From the human T2T-CHM13v2.0 reference genome, Homo sapiens: a stretch of 64,000 nt of DNA. Location: assembly GCF_009914755.1 (NCBI RefSeq), contig NC_060928.1; one strand, given 5' to 3'. This document shows positions 14,248 to 33,494 of the stretch, in pieces. The notes beneath the pieces were generated by a model that was not told where the DNA came from, did not search any database, and saw only the letters and a program-made list of their open reading frames with translations. Every line of letters starts with the position of its first letter. The first letter of the stretch is position 1. The position numbers and the translations under genes are program-made.

Positions 14248-15904
14248 ATGAAGACTTTTATTGAGCTGTACATTTTCACAGTGTTTCCCACAATAGTACA
14301 TATTTTACCTTTTAAGACTGTGAATACCGGATAGGTTACTTAATAGAAAATATCAAAAGAGTTTTTAAACACGATCTTGAGTAGAAGGAGATTGTAGATC
14401 TATATGCATCACTGTCTATAGTGATTATTCTTGGCCGGACAAAATATTGATCCCAGTCCAATGTGAAAATTCCCCAACAGAATGAAAGTTAGAATTTAAC
14501 AGAGGCAGCAAACTCTTGATTCAGCAAGCTCTCCATTGGATGAGAGATTTACATAATGAAGTACATCAGTAGTCAACAGGTTTAGGGCACCCTTTCCAGT
14601 CCTCTTCACCATAAGCTCAGCAAGGTTCAGCCCTATCTTCTCATTTACACTTATTCTCATCTTCAGTTTAGAATTGAAAAGTGAACAATCCAAGTTTCTC
14701 ATAGGCCTTGTCAAAAAATGCACCCTCACCTGAATTATCACCATTTTTGCAATGCTTTCTAACAGGCTAATGCAGCCCCCGTAAGGAGAAATACTTTGAG
14801 GAACAAAAGAAAACACAATCAGATATATGCACCCAGTCTCAAAAGTATCATTGACAGTGAAATTTGTTCATCAAAATGTCTTTCACCTGGGTAAAAGGGA
14901 AGCTCATCCATGCAGATGATAGCAAGTCCCATGTTTCACTTTCTCCTTCATAGGGCCAGAACGTTTCATTGCCACCAGTTGCTATGAGGTTAGGGAAAGA
15001 TACGTTGATTCACATATTCATGTGTTTTAAAGAATACATTTCCGAATTTTTTAGATTTTACAATTTAATTGTCCACAAGTTCTAGAGGTCTTGATTAGAA
15101 AGCCATAAATTTAAGGTACTGTTGTTTGGACGTTAAATTAGTAGCAACTATTAGAAGGGCTGCCTGAATTAATTATGTGGGGTTTGTCCTGCCCTGTAGA
15201 TTTGTGAGCTAGATTTTGCTTTGGTTTCATCATTCGTTGTACCACCCAGAAGAACAAATAACTCTGTATTGCTACTGTATGTTTTATTTCAACATGACAT
15301 TTATCTCTTGTCAATAGGTAAAAAGCAATAACTTTACTCGTGCGACCTGGAATTAAGAGGGAAAACCATGAGAAGATATAGCTCATATATGATTTTGCTT
15401 ATTCAAGTCTCTGTGACTAAAACATAGTTGACAACATACTTTTTATTCTATGCTTTCTTGCATAATATCTCTATGTCCTCCAAAGAGAACTTGAATTGTT
15501 TCCCCTAATTCAAATCCCAATGATCTATTATTGCTCTTTAATATTAACAGTCATTGCTAGTCTGTCTCTGACAAGACAAGCAGCTTAAGCTCCAAATCTC
15601 AAGGTCTAAAGACCATAGTCATTGTATAATGAGCCCCAGGAAGTCCTAGAGTAGCTCAGCCCATTAAGCAAGCTGAGTCTCAAGCAAGGGCTGCTGAAAG
15701 TTGACCTGAGACTGCCAAAATTCTCCTTTGTGGGGTTTTGTTTTGAGTCATAAAACTCACTTCCTTCATGGCAAATCTAGCAGTATTTGTTAATGATGTC
15801 TCTGCTCCATGCCATAAGCTTTACCTCACTAGAACATCTGCTTGGGATTCAGCCTGTTGCTACTGATCATTTTCTACTTTCCAGTCACTAACTTTTAAGA
15901 AGCA

Positions 15905-16105
15905 CCAGTGTGATATAGTGAAAATACACCCTTAAAGAGGTGTCGTGAGACTTGATTTTGATTCCCATTTCTGCCAATAACTATTCAAGTAGCATGGAGG
16001 GAGTCATTTGACCCCTCTGAACTTCAGTTTCCTCATCTGCAAAATGGAGGCATTGGGGAATATACTAGATAATACCCAAGGTCCCCAGCTTTAATGTTTC
16101 AGTCT
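15905..16105 (+). mobile_element. MIR/MIR3 SINE
   Basis: Core cctctgaacttcagtttcctcatctgcaaaatggag. Confidence 0.8.
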
Positions 16106-16549
16106 GTTCGTATAAAAAGAAAAGCCTTTGCCTTGACCATTTCAATGTAACTTTTGGTGAAATGGCACACGTTTACATAAATATTTTTTTAAAAGATCAT
16201 TGGATCATCAGTTACCAAATTCTGGGGATGACTCTTTAAAACAATGTAAAAATATTCCTGAGTTTCACAGTATACTGGGAGACTTAAACCTGATAAAATG
16301 CTCTAAGAGTGCAAAACATAATCTATTTTTATTATTCATCCATTTAAAATCTGGGTTTGCTAGTTGTAATACTTTGTGTTTAGTGTTGTGTGGTTACATG
16401 TTGCTCGTTTTGCAACATCTCAGCTATCCAAAGTACCACCTTTACTTTCTAAGTAGGGAAATTAAAACACAACTTTGGAACCTGTGGTCCTTATTCCTAT
16501 TGATCTCTCTGCCAAGTAATAATTGGCTACTCCCTTCTTAACACCTACT

Positions 16550-16968
16550 TCTCATTGCCTGTTCCTTCTTGACTTCTCATTGGATCCTCTTCCTCTGTTC
16601 ACTCATTATACATGAGTGTTTTCTCCAGATTTCATTCTAAATTCTCCACTATAGTCCCTCTCTACATGTCCCATTGGTAATTTCTTTGATTACATGCAGA
16701 TAATTTTCAGGCATTTCTTTATTTAAAAATCCTTCGGTGGCAAGCTTAATTACTTAAAAAGGCACATGAGGTACTAGCCTAGCTTTCTAGAATAATTGCC
16801 TTTTTTCTTTCCTACAAACACTTTGTGATCTAACCTTGCTTAACTAGTGACATTCTCTGAGTTCTCAAGGACTTTCAAGTTTCCCTTCTTTTGCCCATGT
16901 TATTTACTCCTTTTGAAATGTCCCGCTCTTTGCTACCCTATGTCTTAGAATGTTCTATTCATTTTTTA
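16550..16968 (+). mobile_element. L2 fragments (continuing 17711-17800 after the L1PA insertion)
   Basis: ttaaaaatccttcggtggc; tttgcccatgttatttactccttttgaaatgtccc; ttctattcat...aaggcacagatcaaa spans the L1 insertion site. Confidence 0.5.
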
Positions 16969-17710
16969 TTTTTATTTTTTTAATTACACTTTAAGTTCTA
17001 GGGTACATGTGCACAACGTGCAGGTTTGTTATATATGTATACACGTGCCATGTTGGTGCGCTGTACCCATTAACTCATCATTTACATTAGGTATATCTCC
17101 TAATGCTATCCCTCCCCCCTCCCCCCACCCCCCAGCAGGCCCCAGTATGTGATGTTCCCCGCCCTGTGTTCAAGTGTTCTCATGGTTCAATTCCCACCTA
17201 TGAGTGAGAGCATGCAGTGTTTGATTTTCTGTCCTTGCGATAGTTTGCTGAGAATGATGGTTTCCAGCTTCATCCATGTCCCTACAAAGGATATGAACTC
17301 ATCATTTTTTATGGCTGCATAGTATTCCATGCTGTATATGTGCCACATTTTCTTAATCCAGTCTATCATTGATGGACATTTGGGTTGGTTCCAAGTCTTT
17401 GCTATTGTGAATAATGCCACAATAAACATACGTGTGCATGTGTCTTTATAGCAGCGTGATTTATAATCCTTTGGGTATATACCCAGTAATAGGATTGTTG
17501 TGTCAAATGGTATTTCTAGTTCTAGATCCTTGAGGAATTGCCACACTGTCTTCCACAATGGTTGAACTAGTTTACAGTCCCACCAACAGTGTAAAAGTGT
17601 TCCTATTTCTCCACATCCTCTCCAGCACCTGTTGTTTACTGACTTTTTAATGATCTCCATTCTAACTGGTGTGAGATGGTATCTCATTGTGGTTTTGATT
17701 TGCATTTCTC
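16969..17710 (-). mobile_element. 5'-truncated L1PA (L1PA4-6-like) 3' end
   Basis: ORF 17187..17705 is the L1 ORF2p C-terminus ([16 protein letters not shown]...LIGGN); primate 3'UTR with poly-C tract; TSD ttcatttttta at 16958-16968 and 17711-17721. Confidence 0.95.
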
Positions 17711-18061
17711 TTCATTTTTTAAAGGCACAGATCAAAGTCCCTTTTCTCTTTCTAGCCTTACTGACCCAACAGGCAAAATGAATTGCTCCCTTCCTTCTAC
17801 CAGGATTTCCAAGAATTCCTCTAGGACATTTTTATGCTTTCCTATGATAGGTATTATATTATTTTACTTCTGTATATGGTTAATTAGTTAATCTGTATTT
17901 TGTGGAGAAGAAACAGAAAGCAACTTTATTCTATTTTACCACTATCCCTTTGAACTAACTTTGTCAAATAGTTCTTTCCTGACAATGAATTAAATCTTGA
18001 GTGCATCTCACCATTAAAAAAATTCTTTTTCCTCATTCTGTGGTTCTGTATCTTTTAAGGA

Positions 18062-18274
18062 GAGCATAAGAATGATACAACATACTTTGGGGACTTTGGG
18101 GGAAGAGTGGGAGGGGGACGAGGGATAAAAGACAACATCTGTGGTGCAGTATATACTGCTTAGGTGATGGGGGCAGCAGGATCTCACAAATCACCACTAA
18201 AGAACTTACTCATGTAACCAAATACCACCTGTACCCCAACAACTTACAGAAAAATAAAAATAAAATAAAATAAA
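18062..18274 (+). mobile_element. L1PB 3'UTR fragment
   Basis: gcataagaatgatacaa...gagggataaaagac...caaatcaccactaaagaacttactcatgtaacc followed by (TAAAA)n. Confidence 0.85.
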
Positions 18275-18625
18275 ATCCTTTTCATATATGAAAAAGCCCA
18301 GTGCCATTTAAAACAAAACAAAAAAACCTTTAATCTGTTATTGAATTTAAAACTTCTCTCCTCTAGCTTAGGCCTAACTCAGCCTCAGAAACCCGAGGAC
18401 AGAGGGAGAGTTTATCCAGATCCTTTCTCTTCCTTGCACTCTCTCTTCCTCTGTCTTCTTCCCAATCCTAGTTGCCATTTCAGGCTCAGATCGATCAAGT
18501 AAAGGAGGTGGGATTAGGTGGAAAAAGTAAAGTCGTATATACCTTTCTAGTTTTAAAAAATGTGGCAAGTGTAAATAAATATTTTTTTTCTCTTGTGGAA
18601 ATTTTTGTTAGTAAATTGGAAACCA

Positions 18626-18974
18626 TGTGTCAGCTTGGTCTGCCATACCAAAATACCGTAGACTTTATGGCTTAAACACTTATTTTCTCACATTTCTGAG
18701 GCTATAAATCCAAGATTAAGGTGCCATCTTGGTCAATGTCTGGTGAGGGCCTTTTTGTTGGCTTGTAGATGGTTGCCTTCTTGCTGTGTTATCACATGGC
18801 AGAGAGAGACCAGAAAGCTCTGTGGTATCTCTTCTCATAAGAGCAATAATTCCATCATGATTACCCATCATTATCTAAACCTAATTATATCTCAAAGACC
18901 CCATTTCCAAATACCATCACATTGATGAATAGGATTTCAACATATGAATTTTGGGGAAAACACAGTCTGTAACA
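18626..18974 (-). mobile_element. MLT1A-type MaLR LTR
   Basis: ctgccataccaaaatacc..gact..atggcttaaac...tccaagattaaggtgcca...atttcaacatatgaattttgggg...taaca. Confidence 0.8.
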
Positions 18975-19555
18975 TTCTGTTTCCAATCCCCCAAAATTTA
19001 TGTACTTCTTGCCTGTAAAATACATTAATTTTATACCAAAAGCCCTACAAGTCTTAACTCATTCTGGCATCAACTCTAAAATCTACAGTCCAAAGTTTTA
19101 GCTAAATAACATATAAGTCATATATGTATGAGACTCTAAGTACAATTAATCCCAAGGCAAATTCCCCTTCAGCTGTGAGCCTGTGAAACCTGAAAAGTTA
19201 TCTGCCCACAAAATATAATGATGAGAGAGGCATAGGATGGACATTCGCATTGAAAAAGGAAAATATAGAAAGGAAGAAAAAGGTGGCAGGTCTTAAGCAA
19301 GTCCAAAACCTAGCTAGGCAAATTCTATTAGACCTTAAGTTTCAAATATAATCCTCTTTGGCTCCATGCCTCACCTTTTCGGCCCACTGGGGGCGGCAAC
19401 ATCACTCAATGGCTCTAGGCAGGGCTCCCGCTGCCCAAGGTTCTACAGGGTAGTTCCTTCCCCATGTTTTTGAACAGAGGTCACCCAGCCTTTTGAAACC
19501 AAGGTGGTGGTCCTAATGATCTCTGAATCATCTTTACAGTTATTTTCTCAAGAAG
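18975..19555 (-). mobile_element. MLT1 internal sequence adjoining the LTR
   Basis: aagtcttaactcattctggcatcaactc, ggcaaattccccttcagctgtgagcctgtgaaacc. Confidence 0.7.
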
Positions 19556-19629
19556 TGGTTGAAGCAATATACAACACATCAGCATTTTTTTCCTAATTTT
19601 CTTTAAACTCCCAATATTTATTGACAGAT

Positions 19630-20520
19630 TCTTGAGGCAAGCATGATTGGTTTATTCAAGGAACTGAAACCAAACTTTTATGGCTGGAATGTAATTAGTG
19701 AGGGGAGAGTGACAAACAATGAATTCAGACAGGTAAGCAAGACTGAGATCACACAAAGCATTGAGGTTATGATGAAGATCTGAGTTTTATTCAAAATGCA
19801 GCGGATAGCCATTGGAGCCATTGGAGGTCTTTAAGCAGGAAAGGGATGTGCGCAACACACTGAGATTTACCTTTTAAAGATACACCTGTAGCTGGTATAT
19901 AGAAAATTTATTATAAAGGGGGGAGAGTAGAAGCAAGGAGACCAAATAACAGGCTACCAAGTAATTCAGGCAAGAGATGTATGTGGTTTGGCTTAGAATG
20001 ATAGCAGCGGAGAGGAAGGGAAGGTGATAGATAAGACAGAATGGTTTGAAAGTACAGCTGACAGTATGTGGTAAAGGACTAATGCAGAGTGTAAGGGAAG
20101 TAAATGCTTCAGAATGACTTCTAATTTGGGGGAGAACAGCTAGGTGGATGGGGTGGTATTAACTGGTATGGAAAATACTGAGCTAAGAGCAGATTTTATT
20201 TTTATTTTTGTTTCCTGCTCTGTGTTTGAGGGCAGAAGGGATTACAGGGTTCTACTCCAATTGTATTAAATCTGAGGTATTTATTGGAATTTCAAGCGGA
20301 TATGCCAAAAGACAAATAAAAACATATTTAAATTTGGAACTCAGTGGCTATGGCTAGAGATAGAAATTTAGTTTCCATGGGCCTACACATGGGTTGAAAA
20401 TTCAATAAATGAATGAAAATATCTATGAGAGAAGGTAGAAGAAGAAGAGTGGCCAAGTATCTGGATCTGGGACAACTGACATTGAGAAGTTACTCACAGG
20501 AGTAGCAGCCAGCAGAAACA
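19630..20520 (-). mobile_element. L2 fragment
   Basis: Purine-rich reverse L2: tggctggaatgtaattagtgagggg, gagttttattcaaaatgc..gccattggagg, aattcaggcaagagatg. Confidence 0.75.
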
Positions 20521-20799
20521 AAGAAGAATCAGGATACAAGTTATTCAACAATGTTTTAACATTTAAAATACACAGGTAATGAAACATTTATTCTTCAGTC
20601 ATATCTCACCTCAGCACTGGTGAGAATACAAAACAGCAAGACCTAAGAGGAAACTGTCCAATTTGTAATTCAATAGACAATTATTTGAAAACATTTTTTA
20701 AAGTTTGGAAAACTTCTCTATTATTGCTGATTACTGTAGAATTGGACTTATGTATTACTCCAGCCATCATGGGCCATTATTATATGTAAACGTTAGTAT

Positions 20800-21027
20800 G
20801 CATAGGTTAAGAGCATAGGCTTTTTAAACACCAAACTTCACTTTGAAGCTGAGACCCTGGGCAGGTCACTTAGCCTCTCTGAACCTCCATGTTTTCATCT
20901 GTTAAATGAAGATAACAATAATAGAACTGATCTCATAGGACTAATCTGAGGGTTAAATTATTTGATAGATGTGAAATACTTAGAAAAGTCCCTATAACAT
21001 AATAGCACTAAAATAAATGTTAGCTAT
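20800..21027 (+). mobile_element. MIR SINE
   Basis: ggttaagagcatagg...gaccctgggcaggtcacttagcctctctgaacctc...catctgttaaatgaagataa...aataaatgttagctat. Confidence 0.85.
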
Positions 21028-21329
21028 GAGCAGAACATATAGTTATCTTCTGGGAGTTTAAAACACCTAGGATATATCCAGACTAATGTAAAAATACAGG
21101 ATAATTTTCTAGAATCAAGCATGAATTGAATGTTCAGCTCATTATGTACTGGAAAGAACTAATTATGAATTAGGTAGAAAACAGATTTGTCTTACAATTC
21201 TGGCACTTACCAGGATCATGGCTTTAGAAAAGTCATTTAAATCACAAGGTCCCAGTAGTCCAAATTGCAGAATGGAGAATAGAGAGACTAAAATTTCTTA
21301 ATGGTTTTCTGTAATTTTATGAATTTTAA

Positions 21330-21442
21330 GATAGGTGCAGCAAACCACCATGGCACACGTATACCTATGTAAAAAACCTACACATTCCGTACATGTATCC
21401 CAGAACATAAAGTAAAATTTTAAATAAATAAATAAATAATAA
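21330..21442 (+). mobile_element. Short L1PA7/8-type 3' terminus
   Basis: ataggtgcagcaaaccaccatggcacacgtatacctatgt...cccagaacataaagtaaaat followed by (TAAA)n. Confidence 0.85.
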
Positions 21443-22089
21443 TTTGAAATAAAAAAGGGTTAATTAAGTTTTCTTTATTTCTTATTGGACATTATTTTCT
21501 TTCTTTTGTGTCTACTAATGGATGGAATCCACTGCAAAATGGGTTAAAATATTCACTTAAAGTTTGTACATAATTCTTCTCATAGCCAACTTTTAAGGAA
21601 CTTGAGATCATAGGGATTTTATATTCTTTGTATTTTTGTAGATCCCATATACTCATGTTCTGAAATAACTCTTACTGTAAACCTATTCAAATATCACATT
21701 TGGAAGCCAGATGCAAGCTATTTAGGAAAATTCTAACTTTTGTTGAGTCTGAGGTAAAAATTTATTTTGTCTATCACTCATTTGTAAGTTGACTTTTTAA
21801 AAAAAATATATAGTGATTTCAATACTGTTAGATTAAAATTGATCTACTTTCAGAACTATTTACTTAAAATTGCACATTCGGCAAGTATATTTTTGGATCT
21901 AAAGTTTAACTCTAAATTCTGATTTGATTGAGGACATGTACACAGTGTAATTAAATGTGCAAGTATCTTAATCTGACCAGAGCATTGTAACAGAAACTAT
22001 TACAAATATTACTACTTTTTTTCCCTTTTCAAATATGTCAAAAATAAATTTAACCTAGGAAAATAATTTCAGGGATTTGGCAATGCTAC

Positions 22090-22123
22090 TTGGCTATGAT
22101 CAGACATTGGCTATGATCAGACA
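22090..22123. repeat. Perfect 17-bp tandem duplication
   Basis: ttggctatgatcagaca x2. Confidence 0.95.
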
Positions 22124-22809
22124 TTTGGGGCACTCAGTCACCCAGCCTTCTGGAGACCTTGTGTCTAACTAACTACACAAAATTATTTCTCTCCTTCTTA
22201 ATAGCAATGAGATCTTTTACCTAGAGATTTCAGAACAAAAGGTAAGAAAGACAATTAATTATAGCCTAGGCCTCACATGCAAAGTTAATGAATTTTAATG
22301 CATATCAATTAATAGCTAATTGGGTTTTGCCTGACTATAGATGGAGGTGTTGGGTGATGAGAAGGAAAGAGGTCCTATTTTAGCTGAAATACAACAGTCA
22401 TTCTTCTAGGACTTTGTCTTCCCAGTTCTCCTTGTCTTTAAGTCAAAATAAGAAACAAAATATCCAAGGCTTCTAATGAACTCTCTGAAATTCAAAGCTT
22501 ACATGTATACATGTCAGCATTTAGAAGTATAAGAATTGTCTTTTCACATCAGGTAAATACAAAACTCTCTGTAAGTTTATACAGAATATTATTTTTCAAA
22601 GCATTCTTGCTTGATGTGTAGGCAAGGCATCTATTATATTTTTAATTTCTAAAATAAGGAAAGGGAGAAGAAAATAAATAAATGAAAGAGAGAGGGAGAG
22701 ATGATAGATGGTCTTAGAAGATTTAAGGTCTTGGTTTCATTTCTTGGTTAGTGTAGTTCACACAGACTCAAGACTCCAAATGTTATGAATCCAGCAGTTT
22801 CCTCTCACT

Positions 22810-23400
22810 ACAAAATAAAAAGGTCCAAATTTAATATACCATAAACAAACAAAGACACACCTTCCACTTATAGTAATGTAGTCTGTGTGATGTTGCCCTA
22901 AGGATAGGCAAATATATCAATGAAAATAATGTGAAGTCCAGCAATAGACACACATGTGGCTGACTGATTTTTCAACAAAGGTATCTACATAATTCGCCAG
23001 GAGAAAGAATAGAGTTTTCAACCCATGGTGCTGGAAACAACTACACATGTCTTTAAAGGAAACAATTTAATCTTGACTCCTACATTGTATCATACACAAA
23101 AATTAATTTGAAATGGATCATACAGTTAAATATAAAATCTAGAACTACAAGGTGCTTACAAAAAATAAGAGAATGTTTTTGTTATTGGAATAGGAGATTT
23201 TTTCAGGGACAAAAAAATCATAAAAATTATACACATTAAATGTTATCTAAGTTAAAACCTTCATCTCATCAAAAGACACAATTTAAAAAGTGAAAAGGTA
23301 AGCTATAACCAGGGAGAAAATATTTGCAATGCATCTATAAGACAAAGAACTTGTATCCAAAATACGTAATTGATAAATACACAAACAACCCAAGCAAATA
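22810..23400 (+). mobile_element. Old L1M ORF2 3' region fragment
   Basis: gatttttcaacaaagg, ttttcaacccatggtgctggaaacaact, catacacaaaaattaatttgaaatggatcata. Confidence 0.75.
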
Positions 23401-23710
23401 TTTGCTAAAAAATTAAGACAAAGGGAAAGTCTTGCAACCAGAAGAAAAAGACATATTACCTACAAAGAAACAAGGATAAGAATTACAGCAGATCTTTCAT
23501 CAGAAAGCATTCAAGAAAGTATAAAATGGAGTGATGTCTTTTCAAGCACTGGTAGGGAATCACTGTCAACCCAGAATTCTATACCTAGTAAAATATCATT
23601 CAAAAATTGAGGAAAAAATAACGATTTCCTTATGTAAATAAAAAATGAGTGATTTATTGCTAGAAGATATTTTTGAAAGAATTGTAGAAATGTTAGAGAA
23701 TGTTCTTCAA

Positions 23711-24490
23711 TGTAATTAATTTTTATAATTTTGTGTTGCCTTAGCATTTATTCTGAATACAAGTTTAATTTTCTCATACCAGAAGCACACAGTTTCCAGT
23801 TGTATCCCACATCCACATAGTTCAAGCCAGTGGCCACAGATAAGAACCTAGAGGTGTCTCTGCCATCTAGCAGACTGGGCTCCTTGCTTTCCCACTAGCT
23901 CCTTTAAATGGACTGTTCAGCCATTTGCTCACCAACTTAAAGTAACCCACACCTATTCCCTCATATACATTCCCAGTTGCTGGGCCCTCTCTGTCTATCT
24001 CTTTCTTTCATTCTCTCTCTCTCTCCATCTAATTCTTCATTCCTGCCTTGCATGACCTGAAGACAGAGGGTTGCCCTTCTGATTCACCACACTGCACTTT
24101 CCCAGAATCTGCACATAAAGATTTTTGTACTTGTTTCCTTTTTTGGTGTTATATTGAATTTGCACTTTCCATCTAAAGAACTAAGGGTTTCCCCAGGCTG
24201 AGGGAACACAAGGTTGGACTCACTGCCAGAATGATGGTCAGGCAGCCATAAACTAGAAACTTGTCAGACAAGAACCACAAGGATAACCATAAGCAAGTTT
24301 CCTGTGTGAAGGAAACCCCCATCATAAGTTGGACAAGTAGGTGTTATTAGGTTATCTACCAGGTAAGAAAAAAAGTATCCAATGAAAGGCACACCATGAA
24401 CACATCCAGCAGTCCTTCATTTTCTGTTAAAGCAGGGTTGCTAGTCACTCTGATACTGGAACTTGAATTTAGCGAGGGGCTCCTAAAACA
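23711..24490. mobile_element. Solo ERV LTR (about 780 bp, ERV1/MER4-group-like; family uncertain)
   Basis: TG...CA termini; flanks ttcaa / ttcag; removing it restores the L1 sequence gttcttcaggcagag. Confidence 0.7.
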
Positions 24491-24757
24491 TTCAGGCAGA
24501 GGAATATAAAATAATAAATTTGGATTTACCTTAAGAAAAGTACTGGAAATAGAATCAATTAAGGTAAAGTAATTTATGAGGTTCTTGATTTTCATTACTC
24601 TGATTATAATTGCTTGGAGCAAAAATTGTAACTATTTATTGTGTGCTTATAGTATATGTAAAAGTAAAAAATATGTGATACCAGTACCATGAAGAATAAG
24701 AGGAAAGAATTAGGAATATAAAGGTATATCCCAGGTCATTGGCATATGAAGGTGCTA

Positions 24758-24832
24758 TAAATATAATATTTATTAATATTATATAATATTTATATAATTA
24801 TTTAATATAATATTTAATAATATAACATTATT
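24758..24832. repeat. Almost pure A/T low-complexity tract
   Basis: atataatatttattaatattatataatatttatataattatttaatataatatttaataatata. Confidence 0.8.
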
Positions 24833-25107
24833 TGAACACAAACTCCAAGAACAACTACTATTTTTAAGAAAAATATAAATAATAGCTCAGTAGAGAAGAG
24901 AAAATGAAATTATTTTAAAAATGTATAAGCCCAGAAAAGGCAAAAAGTAAAGAGGATTAAAAATAAAGAACAAATGGAACTAATGAAAAACAGCTAGCAA
25001 GATGGTATGTTTTAATGAAACTATATCAATAATCCCTGTAAAAATGAATAGTGTAGACACACAATTTAAAAGACAAAGATTATCAGATTGGTTAAAAAAG
25101 CATAACC

Positions 25108-27133
25108 TGGGGAATGACAACAGCAAGATGGCAGAATAGGAAGTTCCAGTTTATGTCCCTTACACAAAACAATTCAATAACTACCAACCAACAAAAATAG
25201 CTCTGGGAGAACGCTGAATTACAATGAAGAAACTGCAACACCCAGTGGAGCACAAAAAGAATGGCTGCGTAGAGAAGAATAGGAAACATTTTACCTGCAA
25301 AAGCACTTCCCCAACCCAGCACAATTTGTCACATAGGTTGATCCTGTTGGCTACAATCTGCCCCTGTGAGTGAAAGAAAGAGCAAAAGGTCCCCAGCAGA
25401 CTTTGCCACTGAAGATCTCAGCAGCCTTCACCTTCTTTACAAATACACACAGCATTTGCCACCCAAAATGACTGTATTAGCCAACACTGAACCCCTCCAG
25501 GGCCAGAGCCACTGAATTCTCCCCCCAAACCCCATAGCTTCCACACTCCTCTCAGCCAGTGCCCTCATACCTACCTGTAGGAAAAGATCTTCCCCCACTG
25601 CAGCCAATCCATAAATCTGAAAGAGGTGACTGCTCCTTCATATGTGCAACACAAGTCTACAAGGAAAACAAAAATCAGGAAAACATGATACCACCAGAAA
25701 ACAAAAACCACAATGAATTTCCAGTAACTAATCCCAAAGAAATAAAGATGTATAAATTTCTAAAGAGCTCAAAATTACCGAAAGAGTTGTTTTAGAGGAG
25801 TTCAGGTAGCTACAAGAAAACAGAGACAGACAAATCAATACAATCAGGAAACAGTACACAAATAAAATTAAAAATTTAATAAAGAATTAGAAATTATTTA
25901 AAAAAACAGATATTCTGGAGCAGTAAAACACAATGAATGAAATCAAAAATGCGATAGAGCACCTTAAGAACAATCAATCAAGCAGAAAAAATAACCTTTA
26001 AATTAGAAGACATATAAGTTGAAATTATGCAGTCAGAGAAGAAGAAAATGAATTTAAGAGTGAAGAAAGCTTATGGCATTTAAGGGAAATTATTAACTGA
26101 ACTAAGATGTGCATTCTAAGTATTCAAGAAGGAGAAGAGAGATATAGAGAGACAGAAAGCTTATATAAAGAACTGTTGGATGAAAAGTTCCCAGATTTTG
26201 GGAAGACTGAATCTTCCCAAATCTCTAGGGAGATCAAAAATCTCCCTAGAAAGAAAAGCCCAAAACCTGATGGTTTCACAGGTGAATTCTACCAAACACT
26301 CAAAAAACTAATAACAGTTTTTTATACTCTTCCAAAAAAATAAAACAAGAAACACTACCAAACTAATGTTATGAGACAAGTATCATCCCAGCACCAAAAT
26401 CAGAAAAAGTCACCATAAGAAAATAAAACTACAGGCTAACATTCCTGATGAACATATCTGCAAAAATTCACAATGAAATAATAGCAAACCAAGTTCAACA
26501 GCCCTATAAAAAATCAGAATCCACAACCAAGTGGGATTTATCCTTGAAGAACAAGAATAATTTAATATATGCAGATCAATAATTCTGATACATCACATTA
26601 ACATAATGAAAAGGAAAAAATCACATCATCATCTTAGTAGATGTAGAAAAATATTTGACAAAGTTTAACACTAATTCACGATTACTAAAATTCTCAAGAA
26701 AATAGTTGTAGAAGAAATTACCTTAACACAATATAGACTATAAATGAAAAGCTCATAGATGACATCATAATTAAAGAAGATAAACTGAAAACTTTCCCAC
26801 TAAGGTCCAGTACAATACACAGATGACCACTCTTTCAACTTCTTTTCAACATAATACTGGAAGTCCTAGGCAGAACAATTGGACAAGAAAAAAAAAGGCA
26901 TCTAAATCAGAAAGAACAAAGTAAGATTATATCTGTTTGCTGATGACATGATCCTCTATGTAGAAAACCCTAAAGAATCAACTACATCAACAACAACGAT
27001 AACAAGAAAACAGAACTAAAATTTAGAAAGTTGCAGGATACAAAATCAACAAATAAAAATTAGTAGTGTTAATCCTATACACAGAGAATATTGTGTAGGC
27101 TTTCCTGAAAAGGATATTAAGAAAACAATATCT
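25108..27133 (+). mobile_element. L1MA-type element, 5' part (5'UTR, ORF1, then deletion into ORF2)
   Basis: Starts ggggaatgacaacagcaagatggcagaatagg; ORF 26107..26343 jumps from ORF1-like to ORF2 [16 protein letters not shown]; tttgctgatgac (FADD) near 26936. Confidence 0.85.

Positions 27134-33494
<6,361 letters not shown>

Larger units (their letters stand above)
23410..25107 (+). mobile_element. Old L1M host (ORF1 end to ORF2 start); resumes at about 35985
   Basis: aagaattacagcagatctttcatcagaa, cccagaattctatacctag, aaagacaaagattatcagattggttaaaaaagca; interrupted by an LTR at 23711-24490. Confidence 0.75.
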
